Source of the DNA: an uncultured Candidatus Micrarchaeota archaeon
Lineage (GTDB): Archaea > Micrarchaeota > Micrarchaeia > Anstonellales > Bilamarchaeaceae
DNA length: 64,000 nucleotides
NCBI GenBank assembly: GCA_963714085.1
Contig: OY970229.1
Coordinates: forward strand, 1,344,001-1,408,000
Direction of reading: 5' to 3'
A program made the translations under genes and the position numbers. Positions 51,446 to 61,700 of this stretch are shown piece by piece (the first letter of the stretch is position 1; each line of letters starts with the position of its first letter). A model generated the notes under the pieces. The model ran no database searches. It was not told the origin of the DNA and was given only the letters and a program-made list of their open reading frames with translations.

Positions 51446-53638
51446 TCATTCCATGAAGAACGCGGCCGTCGGCGGGTCGGGCTTCTCGCCCTTGCGCTCC
51501 CTTATCTGGCGCACGACCTTGGCGACGAGCTCCTTGGGCATCGGGTGGTATCCGGCGTATTCCTGGTACCAGATCGCCCTGCCCTGCGTCACTCCCCTCA
51601 GGTCGTTGGAGAATCCGAACATCTCGGCCACAGGCAGCAGCGTGCTGATGGCTGTGTTCTCGCCCTCCTGCTCCATGCCCACCAGCTGGCCCCTGCGCCC
51701 GTTGGTCATGTTTATGATATTGCCGGAGTACTCCTGGAGGGTGTTTATGAGCACCTTCTGCTTCGGCTCGAGCAAGGACACGCCTGCTATGAGCATCGCG
51801 GCGTATATCGGCCTCTTTATGGCGGGCAGCATCTGCGCCGGCCCCCTGTGCACGTTGTCCTCGTGGAGCGTCGCGTCGTAGAGCGTCACCTTCACTCCGG
51901 ACATCTTCTCCTTGGCGAGCGGGCCCTGGTCGAGCGCCTCCTCGAATCCCTGCACGAGCAGCTCCTCGACCTCGTTGAGGTTCTGGATGCCCTTGGTGCC
52001 GTTTATGAACACGCTCTCGTTGTGGATGTCGTAGATGTTCCTCGCCTCGTCGCGGTCCATTCCGATCTCGACGAGCTTCTCCCAGACCTCCCTTCCCTTG
52101 GGCCTGCCCTCGGAGACAGTGCCGTCCTGGATGGCCTTTATCACGGCCGGCTCCAGCGGCTCCACGACGACCTTTATCTTGTTGTGCTTGTTGGGCGACT
52201 TCCCCTCCACAGGCCCGGCCTTGCCGAGCAGCGCCTCGCGGTAGACCACGATGGGCGGGGACGTGATTATCGGCACCTTCTTCTCGTTCCTTATCTTGTA
52301 CTCGATTATCTCCAGGTGCAGCTCGCCGTTGCCGGATATCAGGTGCTCGCCGGTGTCCTGGTTGAGCTGTATCTTGATGGTCGGGTCCTCCTTGGATATG
52401 GACCTGAGCGCCTCTATCAGCTTCGGCAGGTCCTTCTGCTCCTTGGCCTCGATCGACTTCGTTATGACAGGCTCGGAGTAGTGCTTTATCTGCTCAAAGG
52501 GCTCCATGGGCTCGGCTGACACGGTCTCCCCGACGTATATGTCCTTGAGGCCGACCAGCGCGCCGATGTTCCCTGCGATCACGCGCTCTGCTGCCACGCG
52601 GTCCTGGCCCATGTAGATGCCCACCTGCTGGACCTTGGCGTACGTCTTCTTGGATGCTATGTAAAGCATGGTCCCCTTCTCCGCCTTCCCTGAGAAGAGC
52701 CGTACGACTCCGACCTCGCCGGCGTGCTCGTCGTATACTATGCCGAAGCACACGCCTATGGGCTTGCCCTGGATGTCGCACGCGGTCATGCTCTTGCCGT
52801 ATTCGCTGTTCATGTCCCCGCGCTTCCACAGCACCGGGATCCTGTAGGGCTGCGCGACCTTCGGGCTCGGAAGGTGCAGTATTATCATCTCGAGCAGGAC
52901 CTCGTCCAGCGGGCTCTTCTCCACGAGCCAGGCGTGCTCGCCCGCGCTGCACTTGTCGTAGATGTCCTTGAACCCGATGTTGGACCTCTTCATTGAGTTG
53001 AAGGATACGGCCCACTTGTTGAACGCTGTGCCGAATGAGACGTTGCCCTTGTCCACCCTCACCTGCCATTCCAGCTCCTTGCCTGCGGGAGCGTTCGCCT
53101 CTATTATCTTGTTGACTTGGGTCATGATCTTGACGAACCTGGCCTGCATGGCGTTGGAGTCCAGCTTCAGCTCGTTGATGAGCCTGTCTATCTTGTTGAT
53201 GAAGAGGACCGGCTTCGCGCGCTCCTTGAGCGCCTGCCTCAGATTCGTTTCGGTCTGGGGCATGACACCTTCGACCGCGTCCACGACCAGGCAGATGCCG
53301 TCCACCGCGCGCATCGCCCTCACGACGTGGAAGCCGAAGTCCACGTGCCCCGGCGTGTCGATCAGGTTGATGAGGTAGTCCTTGCCCTGGAACTCGAAAC
53401 CCAGCGAGATGTTGGCGGACTTGATGGTGATCCCCCTCGCCTGCTCCTGCTCGTCGAAGTCCATCACCCTCTGCTCGCCTGCGAGCTCCTTGGATATGAG
53501 GCCTGCGCGGGCCACTAATGAGTCAGTCATCGTCGTCTTGCCATGGTCCACATGGGCGACGATGGCGACGTTGCGGATGTTGTCCTGGTTGTCCATCAGC
53601 CTCTGCACTTCTTCCACTACGAATTCCTTCTTAGCCAT
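51446..53638 (-). CDS. fusA: Translation elongation factor EF-2
   Basis: AHVDHGKTT, RGITI, DTPGH, NKID, HRGPAQ diphthamide loop. Confidence 0.98.
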   Translation of the reverse strand: MAKKEFVVEEVQRLMDNQDNIRNVAIVAHVDHGKTTMTDSLVARAGLISKELAGEQRVMDFDEQEQARGITIKSANISLGFEFQGKDYLINLIDTPGHVDFGFHVVRAMRAVDGICLVVDAVEGVMPQTETNLRQALKERAKPVLFINKIDRLINELKLDSNAMQARFVKIMTQVNKIIEANAPAGKELEWQVRVDKGNVSFGTAFNKWAVSFNSMKRSNIGFKDIYDKCSAGEHAWLVEKSPLDEVLLEMIILHLPSPKVAQPYRIPVLWKRGDMNSEYGKSMTACDIQGKPIGVCFGIVYDEHAGEVGVVRLFSGKAEKGTMLYIASKKTYAKVQQVGIYMGQDRVAAERVIAGNIGALVGLKDIYVGETVSAEPMEPFEQIKHYSEPVITKSIEAKEQKDLPKLIEALRSISKEDPTIKIQLNQDTGEHLISGNGELHLEIIEYKIRNEKKVPIITSPPIVVYREALLGKAGPVEGKSPNKHNKIKVVVEPLEPAVIKAIQDGTVSEGRPKGREVWEKLVEIGMDRDEARNIYDIHNESVFINGTKGIQNLNEVEELLVQGFEEALDQGPLAKEKMSGVKVTLYDATLHEDNVHRGPAQMLPAIKRPIYAAMLIAGVSLLEPKQKVLINTLQEYSGNIINMTNGRRGQLVGMEQEGENTAISTLLPVAEMFGFSNDLRGVTQGRAIWYQEYAGYHPMPKELVAKVVRQIRERKGEKPDPPTAAFFME

Positions 53639-53741
53639 GTAGTTTCACCTGATATTTGGAGCATTCTAACGGTAAAATTCGTCAGAACTCAATGATTGGG
53701 ATTTGGAGAGAAAGGAATAAAAACGGTGCGACGGGCGCGGC

Positions 53742-54455
53742 TCATGACTTATGTATGTAGTCGAGCAGCCTGATTTTGTCACCGTGGGCCCGCTCCAGCG
53801 ATGCGACGAGGTCGGAATACAGCATGTGCACGGAGAGCCGCAGCGCGAGCTCGTCCGTGCCCCCGAAGGTCACATCCACGAAATTCCTCCCTATCGGGCC
53901 CAGGACGGTCTCCCCGTAGCTCCTCGGCACGAAGTCGGGGTCCTCCACGCCTATGATGGATATCAACCTGGCGACGCTTTGCGGCATGAACGGGCTGCAT
54001 GTGCCGTACTGCATGCCCGGCGGAGGTTCAGGGGCGAAGTCCAGCTCCAATCCGGACTCGGACCTCGCGAACAGCCTCTTGAGCCTTATCTGGTCAGCTC
54101 CGGTGCACACCACCATATAGTGGTCCGTTCCGCCTATCCTCTTCGCGTAGATTGTTTTCACGATATCATTCGAGTAGCAGTCCAGGATCATCGCCTTGTC
54201 CCTGGACGTGCGGGCCGCCCTATCGCATAGGACCAGCAGCGCCTTGTCTTCCTTGAGCAGCGCCTCGAGATGCGGCAATCCCTCCAGCCTCGACTTCATC
54301 CTGCAGCGATCCCACTCGCGCGAGCCTGGCTTTATGACCCCCACTCCCTCCGGAAGCTCGGACTCGGGCATCTGGCCGTTGAATGGGCGCACTCTTTGAG
54401 GATGACGGAAAACGGCTGCATCGTCCGCCCTGGGCATGAGTGACTTTCTCGCCAT
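53742..54455 (-). CDS. YbaK/ProX-like (aminoacyl-tRNA editing fold) protein with N-terminal extension
   Basis: IVKTIYAK..YMVVCTG..IRLKRL, GMQYGTCSPF, FGG. Confidence 0.55.
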   Translation of the reverse strand: MARKSLMPRADDAAVFRHPQRVRPFNGQMPESELPEGVGVIKPGSREWDRCRMKSRLEGLPHLEALLKEDKALLVLCDRAARTSRDKAMILDCYSNDIVKTIYAKRIGGTDHYMVVCTGADQIRLKRLFARSESGLELDFAPEPPPGMQYGTCSPFMPQSVARLISIIGVEDPDFVPRSYGETVLGPIGRNFVDVTFGGTDELALRLSVHMLYSDLVASLERAHGDKIRLLDYIHKS

Positions 54456-54557
54456 GTTTGCGTATGTGTGCCGTTATATTATAAAGCGTTGCTGTTGGGA
54501 GCCCGGAGCGCATCCCGCAGCCGAAAGCAATTTAACCCCAGTCTCCGATTCAATCCC

Positions 54558-55394
54558 ATGGCCAAGGACGAGACTTCGATTCTGGTCCGCAAGGAATCCG
54601 GGAATAGCGAGCCCTACGACGAGAAGAAGGTCGGGGGCGCGCTCAGGCGCGCGGGGCTCTCCGAGAAATCCATCCGCGACGCGCTGGACGGCCTGCGCCC
54701 GAAGCTCCACGACGGCATAACCACGCGCGAGATATACGGCATACTCTTCAGGATAATAGACAAGGAGCGCCCTGATTCCCTCCACAAGTTCAACCTCAAG
54801 CGCGCGCTCACGGATTTGGGGCCAGCGGGCTACGAGTTCGAGGACTTCATCGCGAAGCTGCTTTCGCTCGAGGGCTACAAGACCGAGGTCAGGCAGATAC
54901 TCGAGGGCAAGTGCGTGTCCCACGAGATAGACGTTATAGCCGAGGGCCACGACCAGGCCTACATGTGCGAGTGCAAGTTCCACAACTCCGGGGGCATAAA
55001 GTGCCGCATACAGACCGCGCTATACACCTACGCCAGGTTCCTCGACCTCGTGGAAGGGGCCAAGCTCGGCAGGTGCAGGAAGTTCAGCAAACCATGGCTG
55101 GTGTGCAACACCAAGTTCTCCAGCGACGTGGAGGACTACGCGGCGTGCATGGGCTTCCCGCTCCTCGGCTGGCACCACCCGTACGACCGCGGGCTCGAGC
55201 GCATGGTGGAGGAGCGCGAGTGCTGGCCCGTGAGCGTGATACCGATGCACAGGACCGTGCTGGAGAAGCTGCTCGCGAGGAAATTGGTCACAGTCCTTGA
55301 CATCCCAGAGAGGCCAGAGAAGCTCGCGGAGATCACCGGCATATCGCTGCCGATTGCAAAGCAGATAACGGAAAGGGCGGAATACGCGAGATGA
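54558..55394 (+). CDS. ATP-cone + Mrr-like PD-(D/E)xK nuclease domain protein
   Basis: LVRKESGNSEPYDEKK..GITTREI cone; GYEFEDFIA..HEIDVIA..CECKFH..CNTKFS. Confidence 0.88.
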   Translation: MAKDETSILVRKESGNSEPYDEKKVGGALRRAGLSEKSIRDALDGLRPKLHDGITTREIYGILFRIIDKERPDSLHKFNLKRALTDLGPAGYEFEDFIAKLLSLEGYKTEVRQILEGKCVSHEIDVIAEGHDQAYMCECKFHNSGGIKCRIQTALYTYARFLDLVEGAKLGRCRKFSKPWLVCNTKFSSDVEDYAACMGFPLLGWHHPYDRGLERMVEERECWPVSVIPMHRTVLEKLLARKLVTVLDIPERPEKLAEITGISLPIAKQITERAEYAR

Positions 55395-55435
55395 CCGCGT
55401 TTTGCTCGCTGAGCGCAAACAGAGCTAGAAACATG

Positions 55436-55615
55436 TCAGAGGGCCGAGCAGCACTTGCGCGCCTCGTCCCTGGTCTCGTAGACCGTGCCGCACCTGCCGC
55501 ACGCCCACGCGCTTATCGGTTCGGCGTTGCCGTGGCAGCCGGTCCCCTCTTCCTCGTCGGAATAAAGCGCGCCGCATATGCCGCATTTGTAGGCGGTAAC
55601 TTCGTCTTCGTCCAT
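55436..55615 (-). CDS. 59-aa tandem zinc-finger-like protein
   Basis: Manual translation MDEDEVTAYKCGICGALYSDEEEGTGCHGNAEPISAWACGRCGTVYETRDEARKCCSAL*; below ORF-track cutoff. Confidence 0.78.
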   Translation of the reverse strand: MDEDEVTAYKCGICGALYSDEEEGTGCHGNAEPISAWACGRCGTVYETRDEARKCCSAL

Positions 55616-55727
55616 GGAACCACTCCAAACGGGATTCTACATGCATATTAAATAACATGCGCATGGGCGATGGACTATTTGCTCGCTGAGCATAATCTTT
55701 ATAAATATCCGCGACTCAGCTGGACTA

Positions 55728-58700
55728 ATGCGAGTCTACGCTTTTCTAGGGGTTTTGCTGATTTTGGCAGGCCTGTGCCTCTCTCTCGACGGGTGGGGCA
55801 TATTCAATCAATACCAGGGCCACACGGCATTGGGCAGCACCGGTTTCCCCCTGAGCGTCAGGCTCGACGCGGCGGATTCCAATAGCGGAAGCCATCTCTC
55901 GCTCTCGCCCGTATCTTCGGGCGCCTCCATGGACAGCTTCTACCCTACGATCTTCCAGCTCAGCGGCTTCGGCGCCAGATACGCGAGCCTCGAGGGCGAT
56001 TCCAGCGATAATGGATCCGCCTGCAGCAGCCCCGCCGACTGCAATTACGACGGCGACTGCGTGGGCGGCGTATGCTCGTGCTATTCCGGTTGGACAGGCA
56101 GCACGTGCGCCGTTCCATCCTGCGATGGCGGCCCGTGCAACTCGGTGATGGGCAACTCCCTGATGAGCATAGGGTGCGTGAACCTCTCAAGCACCTCGAC
56201 ATACCAGGGCAAGGTTTCAGGGACCATCGCCCATGGGCTCAGGGTCAACGGCTCGATCACGCTGTGCCAAGGGACGTACTCGTTCCCTTCAGGCGTAACC
56301 GCGCTGACCATCAAGGCTGATAACGTCGTGATAAACTGCAACGGCTCCTCGATAATCGGAAGCAATTCCTCTAACGTGTATGCCTTCTACTCCACCCATG
56401 ACTATACCGTTATCCAGAACTGCAACATCAGCGATTTCTCTACGGGCATATACTTCGACGGCACTTCCAACGGGTGGATAGACAACACGACCGTGAGCAC
56501 CACGTACGACTACTCTTTCCCGAACGGGATAGGCATCCTCCTCGATGGCGCGGCCACGAATACGATCTCCAACAGCAGCCTGTACGCGCCGAATGGCTAC
56601 GGGGCCTATCTCGAATCCTCAGATGACAACGTGCTTGCGAGCAACAGTTTCCTCTCGGGCAGCGGCGCCCTCCTCTATATAGACAGCTCCGCTTCGAACA
56701 CTCTGTACTGGAACAATTTCACCGACACTTCCGGCTATTACGTGGATGACGAGGCCGGCGGCAACTTCTATAACGCGACGATAGGCGCTCAGAACGAAGG
56801 CAACATCTGGTACGATGTCATGGCCGGCAGCGTAAATGTCACCGGCCCGACGAGCTCGTCCGGTTTCCCATCGCTCTACATAGGCGACCGCGGCCCTGGT
56901 TACCCGTATGACAGCAACGTAACCGGCAAAGTGACCTCCAATGTGGCCGACTACGCGCCGCTCACGCCATACCAGACAATAGATTGCAGCGGCCTGAGCA
57001 ACTGCAGCGGGAACGGCGAATGCACGGGCTATAACGTGTGCTCGTGCAATGGCGGCTGGAGCGGAGATTCTTGCGACACACCGCCTTACAGCGGCTGCGT
57101 CGACCTCACCAACAGCTCGACGTTCAACGACAGCATCTCCGGTTCGATCGGCTCCGGCTTCACGGTCATTGGTCCCATCACGCTGTGCCAGGACAACTAC
57201 TCGATTCCGGGAGTAACCGCGCTCACAGTAACCGAACCGGACGTCGCCATCGATTGCGCGGGCAGCAGCATCACCGGCAACCAGGTCGGCAACGGCATCG
57301 AAGTCGACAGCTCGGACAACGTGACGGTCGAGAACTGCATCATATCCGACTATAACAACGGAGTGGAATACTCATCTTCTAACAACGGCACGGTCCTGAA
57401 CGATGCCGCATACAACAACCTGCAGTACGGCTTCTCGCTCTCTTCGAGCTCCGGTGACCTATTCTCCAACAACACCGCCAGCTCGAACGACGTCTCAGGC
57501 ATCTACCTTTCCTCAAGCTCCAACGACACGATCGTAGACAACAACGCCAGCGCGAACGGCGGCGCCCCCACCAGCTACGGCATCTACCTGGATACCAGCT
57601 CCAACGACACCCTGGCCAACAACGAAGCGGACTCGAATGGCGCTGCGGGTACGACCTATGGCTATGGCATCTACCTCTCCTCCAGCTCCAACGACACTCT
57701 CATCAACAACGACGTGAGCTCGAACAGCGTCACCAGCACCGGCAGCATCGGCGGCGGCGGCCTGTCCGAAGGCTACGGCATTTATTTAACTTCCAGCTCC
57801 GATAACACTATCGCCAACAACAACGTGAGCTCGAATGACGGCAACATCGTCGTGTGCGGTTCGGCTTACGGCTTCGGCATCTACCTCGACTCCGGATCCA
57901 GCTACAACATCCTGTCCAACAACACCGCCGACTCGAATAGCGGCAACAACGGCGGCGGTTCGGGGGTCGGCATCGGCCTCGTCCTCAACACCGGCTCCGA
58001 CTACAACACCTTATCCAACAACACCGTCAGTTCGACCAGCGCCAGCAGCAACGGCTTGTATCCCTGCGCCACGCCCGTGGTAGCCGCCTACGGCCTCGTC
58101 GTCGGCGCGAGCTCCAACAACGTCCTGTCCAACAACACCATCACCAACACCACCGCCACCAATGGTAACGACGAAGCCGTTTATTTCCAGAGTTCGGACT
58201 ACAACACTTTCCTCGGCAACACCCTCCAGGGCGCCCACTGGGTATACGACGACACAGATACCAACGCCTTCAACGATTCGACGTCAGGAAACATATACTA
58301 TCTCGCCAACGGCACCGGGGCCTGGGGCGTTTACAGCATATTCGACACGAATGGCGACGGCTGGGCGGATATCGGAAGCGCCCTGCCGTTCAGCTCTTCG
58401 CTCTCCGGCGGGCAATGGAGCGGCGACGGGCAGGACTGGCATCCCGCCACGGCAAATGATTGCGTCAACCTCTCGGATCCGTCCACGTACCAGGGCAATG
58501 TCACTGGCGTTATGGCATCCGGCCTAACGGTCACGGGCTCGATAACACTGTGCGAAGACAACTACTCGTTCAGCGGCGTCACCGCGCTCACAGTCACCGA
58601 ACCTAACGTGACGATAGACTGCGCGGGCAGCTTGATAAGCGGAGACAACACGACCGGGACATACGGCGTCTACTCCGATCAGTTCAATACGAGCGTAGAA

Positions 58701-61700
58701 AACTGCGGTATCAGCAGCTTTGACACCGCGATCGCCTACTCCGGAGATAACGGGACCATAGAAAACACGAACATACTCTCCTCGGCCTCATACGGGATTT
58801 CGCTTTCCTCGAGCAGCTACGACGACATCTCCGACTCGACCGTAACCGCACCCGATTATGCGATTTCCCTGGCCTCCAGCTCCGACAACGTGATTGAAAA
58901 CACGACGCTTGAATCATCAGGAGGAACGGGGACCCTGCTCACTGCCGATATCAGCTCCGGAGGCAACACTTTCTACTGGGACAACTTCAGTAATCCGGCG
59001 TCCCAATACGTGAATGACGCTAACGGCGGCAACTTCTACAATGCGACGGAAGGCAACCTCTGGGGCAACGTGCTCAACGGCAGCGTTAACATCACGGGCA
59101 CGGAATCATCAACCGGCTTCCCCTCGCTTTACGTGGGGAACGGCGGCAGCGGCTATCCGTACGACGACGCCAATTCCATGGGCATGGTCACGGGTGTGAC
59201 CGACCACGCCCCACTCACCTCATCCCCCTATTCCGGATGCGTCAACCTCTCGGACCCGTCCACTTATGACGGCGACATCTCAGGCTCGATCGGCTCCGGC
59301 TTCAGCGTCAACGGCTCGATAACGCTGTGCGAAGACAACTACTCGTTCAGCGGCGTCACCGCGCTCACGGTCACAGAGCCGGACGTCACGGTAGACTGCG
59401 CGGGCAACTACATAAGCTCGGATAGCGGTTCCTACGATGGCATCTATTCGATCTACAACAGCACGGTCGTCCAGAACTGCAACATCAACGGTTTCCAATA
59501 CGGGATAGATTTTGAGGGAGTCAATTACGGCATAATAAACGACACATACTCGAACGGGAGTACGCGCGGCATCAGTCTGAGCGATTCCAATTACGACAAT
59601 ATCATCAATTCCACGGGCGGCGACGAGGGGATCGCGGGCATCGAGATCTACCAGAGCTCCTACAACAACATAACCGATTCAGAAGGCATCGGGACCGGTT
59701 ACGGGAACGGAATCTCGTTCGAGTCGAGCTCAGATAACATACTGACCAACGTTACTGCCAGTTCTGAATCGGAATACGGTATATATTGCTACGGAGCCAC
59801 CGACAATACGATAAGCGGCAGCATGCTCAGCGGCGGCTCAGGAGCGCTTGATATGGAAGGCAGCTCCAATGATAACGTCGTGGCGAACAGCACGATGGAC
59901 GGCATGGCCACCATGGCGCTATCTGTCGACAGCACCAGCAACGGCAATGCGTTCGTCAACAACACCCTGCAGGATGCCGCGCCCCTGGTCGAAGTCGCCG
60001 GCTCTGGCAACACCTTCTGCTGGGACAACTTCACGGACACGAGCGGCTATTACGTCACGGACACCAGCAGCGGGGCCAACTACTACGACTCCGCGCTCTG
60101 CAATGGGGAGGGCAACATCTGGGCCAACGTCATGGACGGCGAGGCCGGGATAAACGGCACCACCCCCTCAACCGGATTCCCGAGCCTGTTCATAGGGAAC
60201 GCTACGTACAACGACAGCGATTCGCTCGGTAAGGTCTCGGGCGTGGCCGACGATGAGCCGCTCACAGCGAATGCGGCAGGTCCGGTCTCACCGGTATTCT
60301 TCGTTCCCCAAACCCCGGACAATGGATCGAACACGACGAATCCCTTCGTAGGAATCAACGTCTCCATAGCAGCGCAGAACCCGAATTCGGTGGTCTATAA
60401 TTGGAACGGAACCAACTTCACCATGTACGACAGCTCGCTCGTGCTCATGCTGAACCTGGACAACAATTCCGCGCTGGGGGAGGACGCGACCCATTTCACG
60501 GACGAGAGCTCCTCATCCACAAACCTGACATGTACCGATCCGGCCTGTCCGACTCTCGTCCCGGGTAGATACGGAAACGCATACTCATTCGACGGGGTGG
60601 ACGATTTCATCGGCACGGGCAGCGCGAACCTCAATTTCGGCGCAGGCCAGCCGTATACCTTAGCCCTGTGGATATACCCGTTGTCCACCGGGCCGACCTT
60701 CATGTCCCTGGGCGGGGATGAAGGTACGCCGGGCTATTATTCCGAATACCTGTCGCTTAACGGCGACCAGACCGTGCGCCTCGGACTGAGGCAGGCCTGG
60801 ATGGGCGACTGGGTAGCCGTCAATTCCAACGCACCGGTCTCCCTTGATGCCTGGAATTACGTGGTGGCCGTCAACGACGGCTCTAACCTCATGCTCTACG
60901 TGAACGGGGTCCCGAGCGGCACCGTGCCCCTCGGATCCTTCGGTTCATATCCGCTGGCCAGCAACGACCTCTACATCGGCGAGCAGACATCCATCGGGAG
61001 CAACTACTTCAACGGCTCCATAGACGAGGTGCGGATCTGGAAGACGGCATTGTCCCAGCAACAGGTCTATGAGCAATACGCCTCGAATCTCCAGGAGTAC
61101 AACGGGACGCAATGGTACCTCTACGTGGACCAGGCCCGGAATGCGACCGCTGGATTGGCCCCCGGAGCCTATACCTTCCAGGTATACGCCGCGAACGGCA
61201 CAGGGATGTTCTCGACCGAAGAGAGGACGGTCAATGCCCTATACTCCGGATGCGTCAACCTCACGGACCCGTCCACCTACCAGGACGAAGTCTCTGGTGA
61301 TAACGATACGACCGGCTTCACCGTAAACAGCTCGATAACGCTGTGCCCGGACAGCTATTCGTTCGGCGACGTCAACGCGCTCACGGTCACGGAACCCAAC
61401 GTCACGATAGACTGCGCGGGCAGCTCGTTGACCGGAGACAACACGACCGGGACGTTCGGCATCTCCTCTAGCCAGTTCAACACGACGATTGAGAACTGCA
61501 ACGTGGGCGACTTCTCAACCGGCATATTGTTCAACGGCGCATCCAACGGAACCATCGACAACACGAACGCAAGCACAACCCACGGCTCAAGCTACCCCTA
61601 CGATGGAATAGGGATTGTACTTGGCAACGGCGCGCAATACGACACGATAATCGACTCCAACGGGACCGCCATCTCCAGCGTCGGCATCTACCTGGACTCG

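Noticed and set aside
51825..51870. Possible diphthamide-less EF-2 paralog
   Set aside because: Loop reads HEDNVHRGPAQ with the canonical target His
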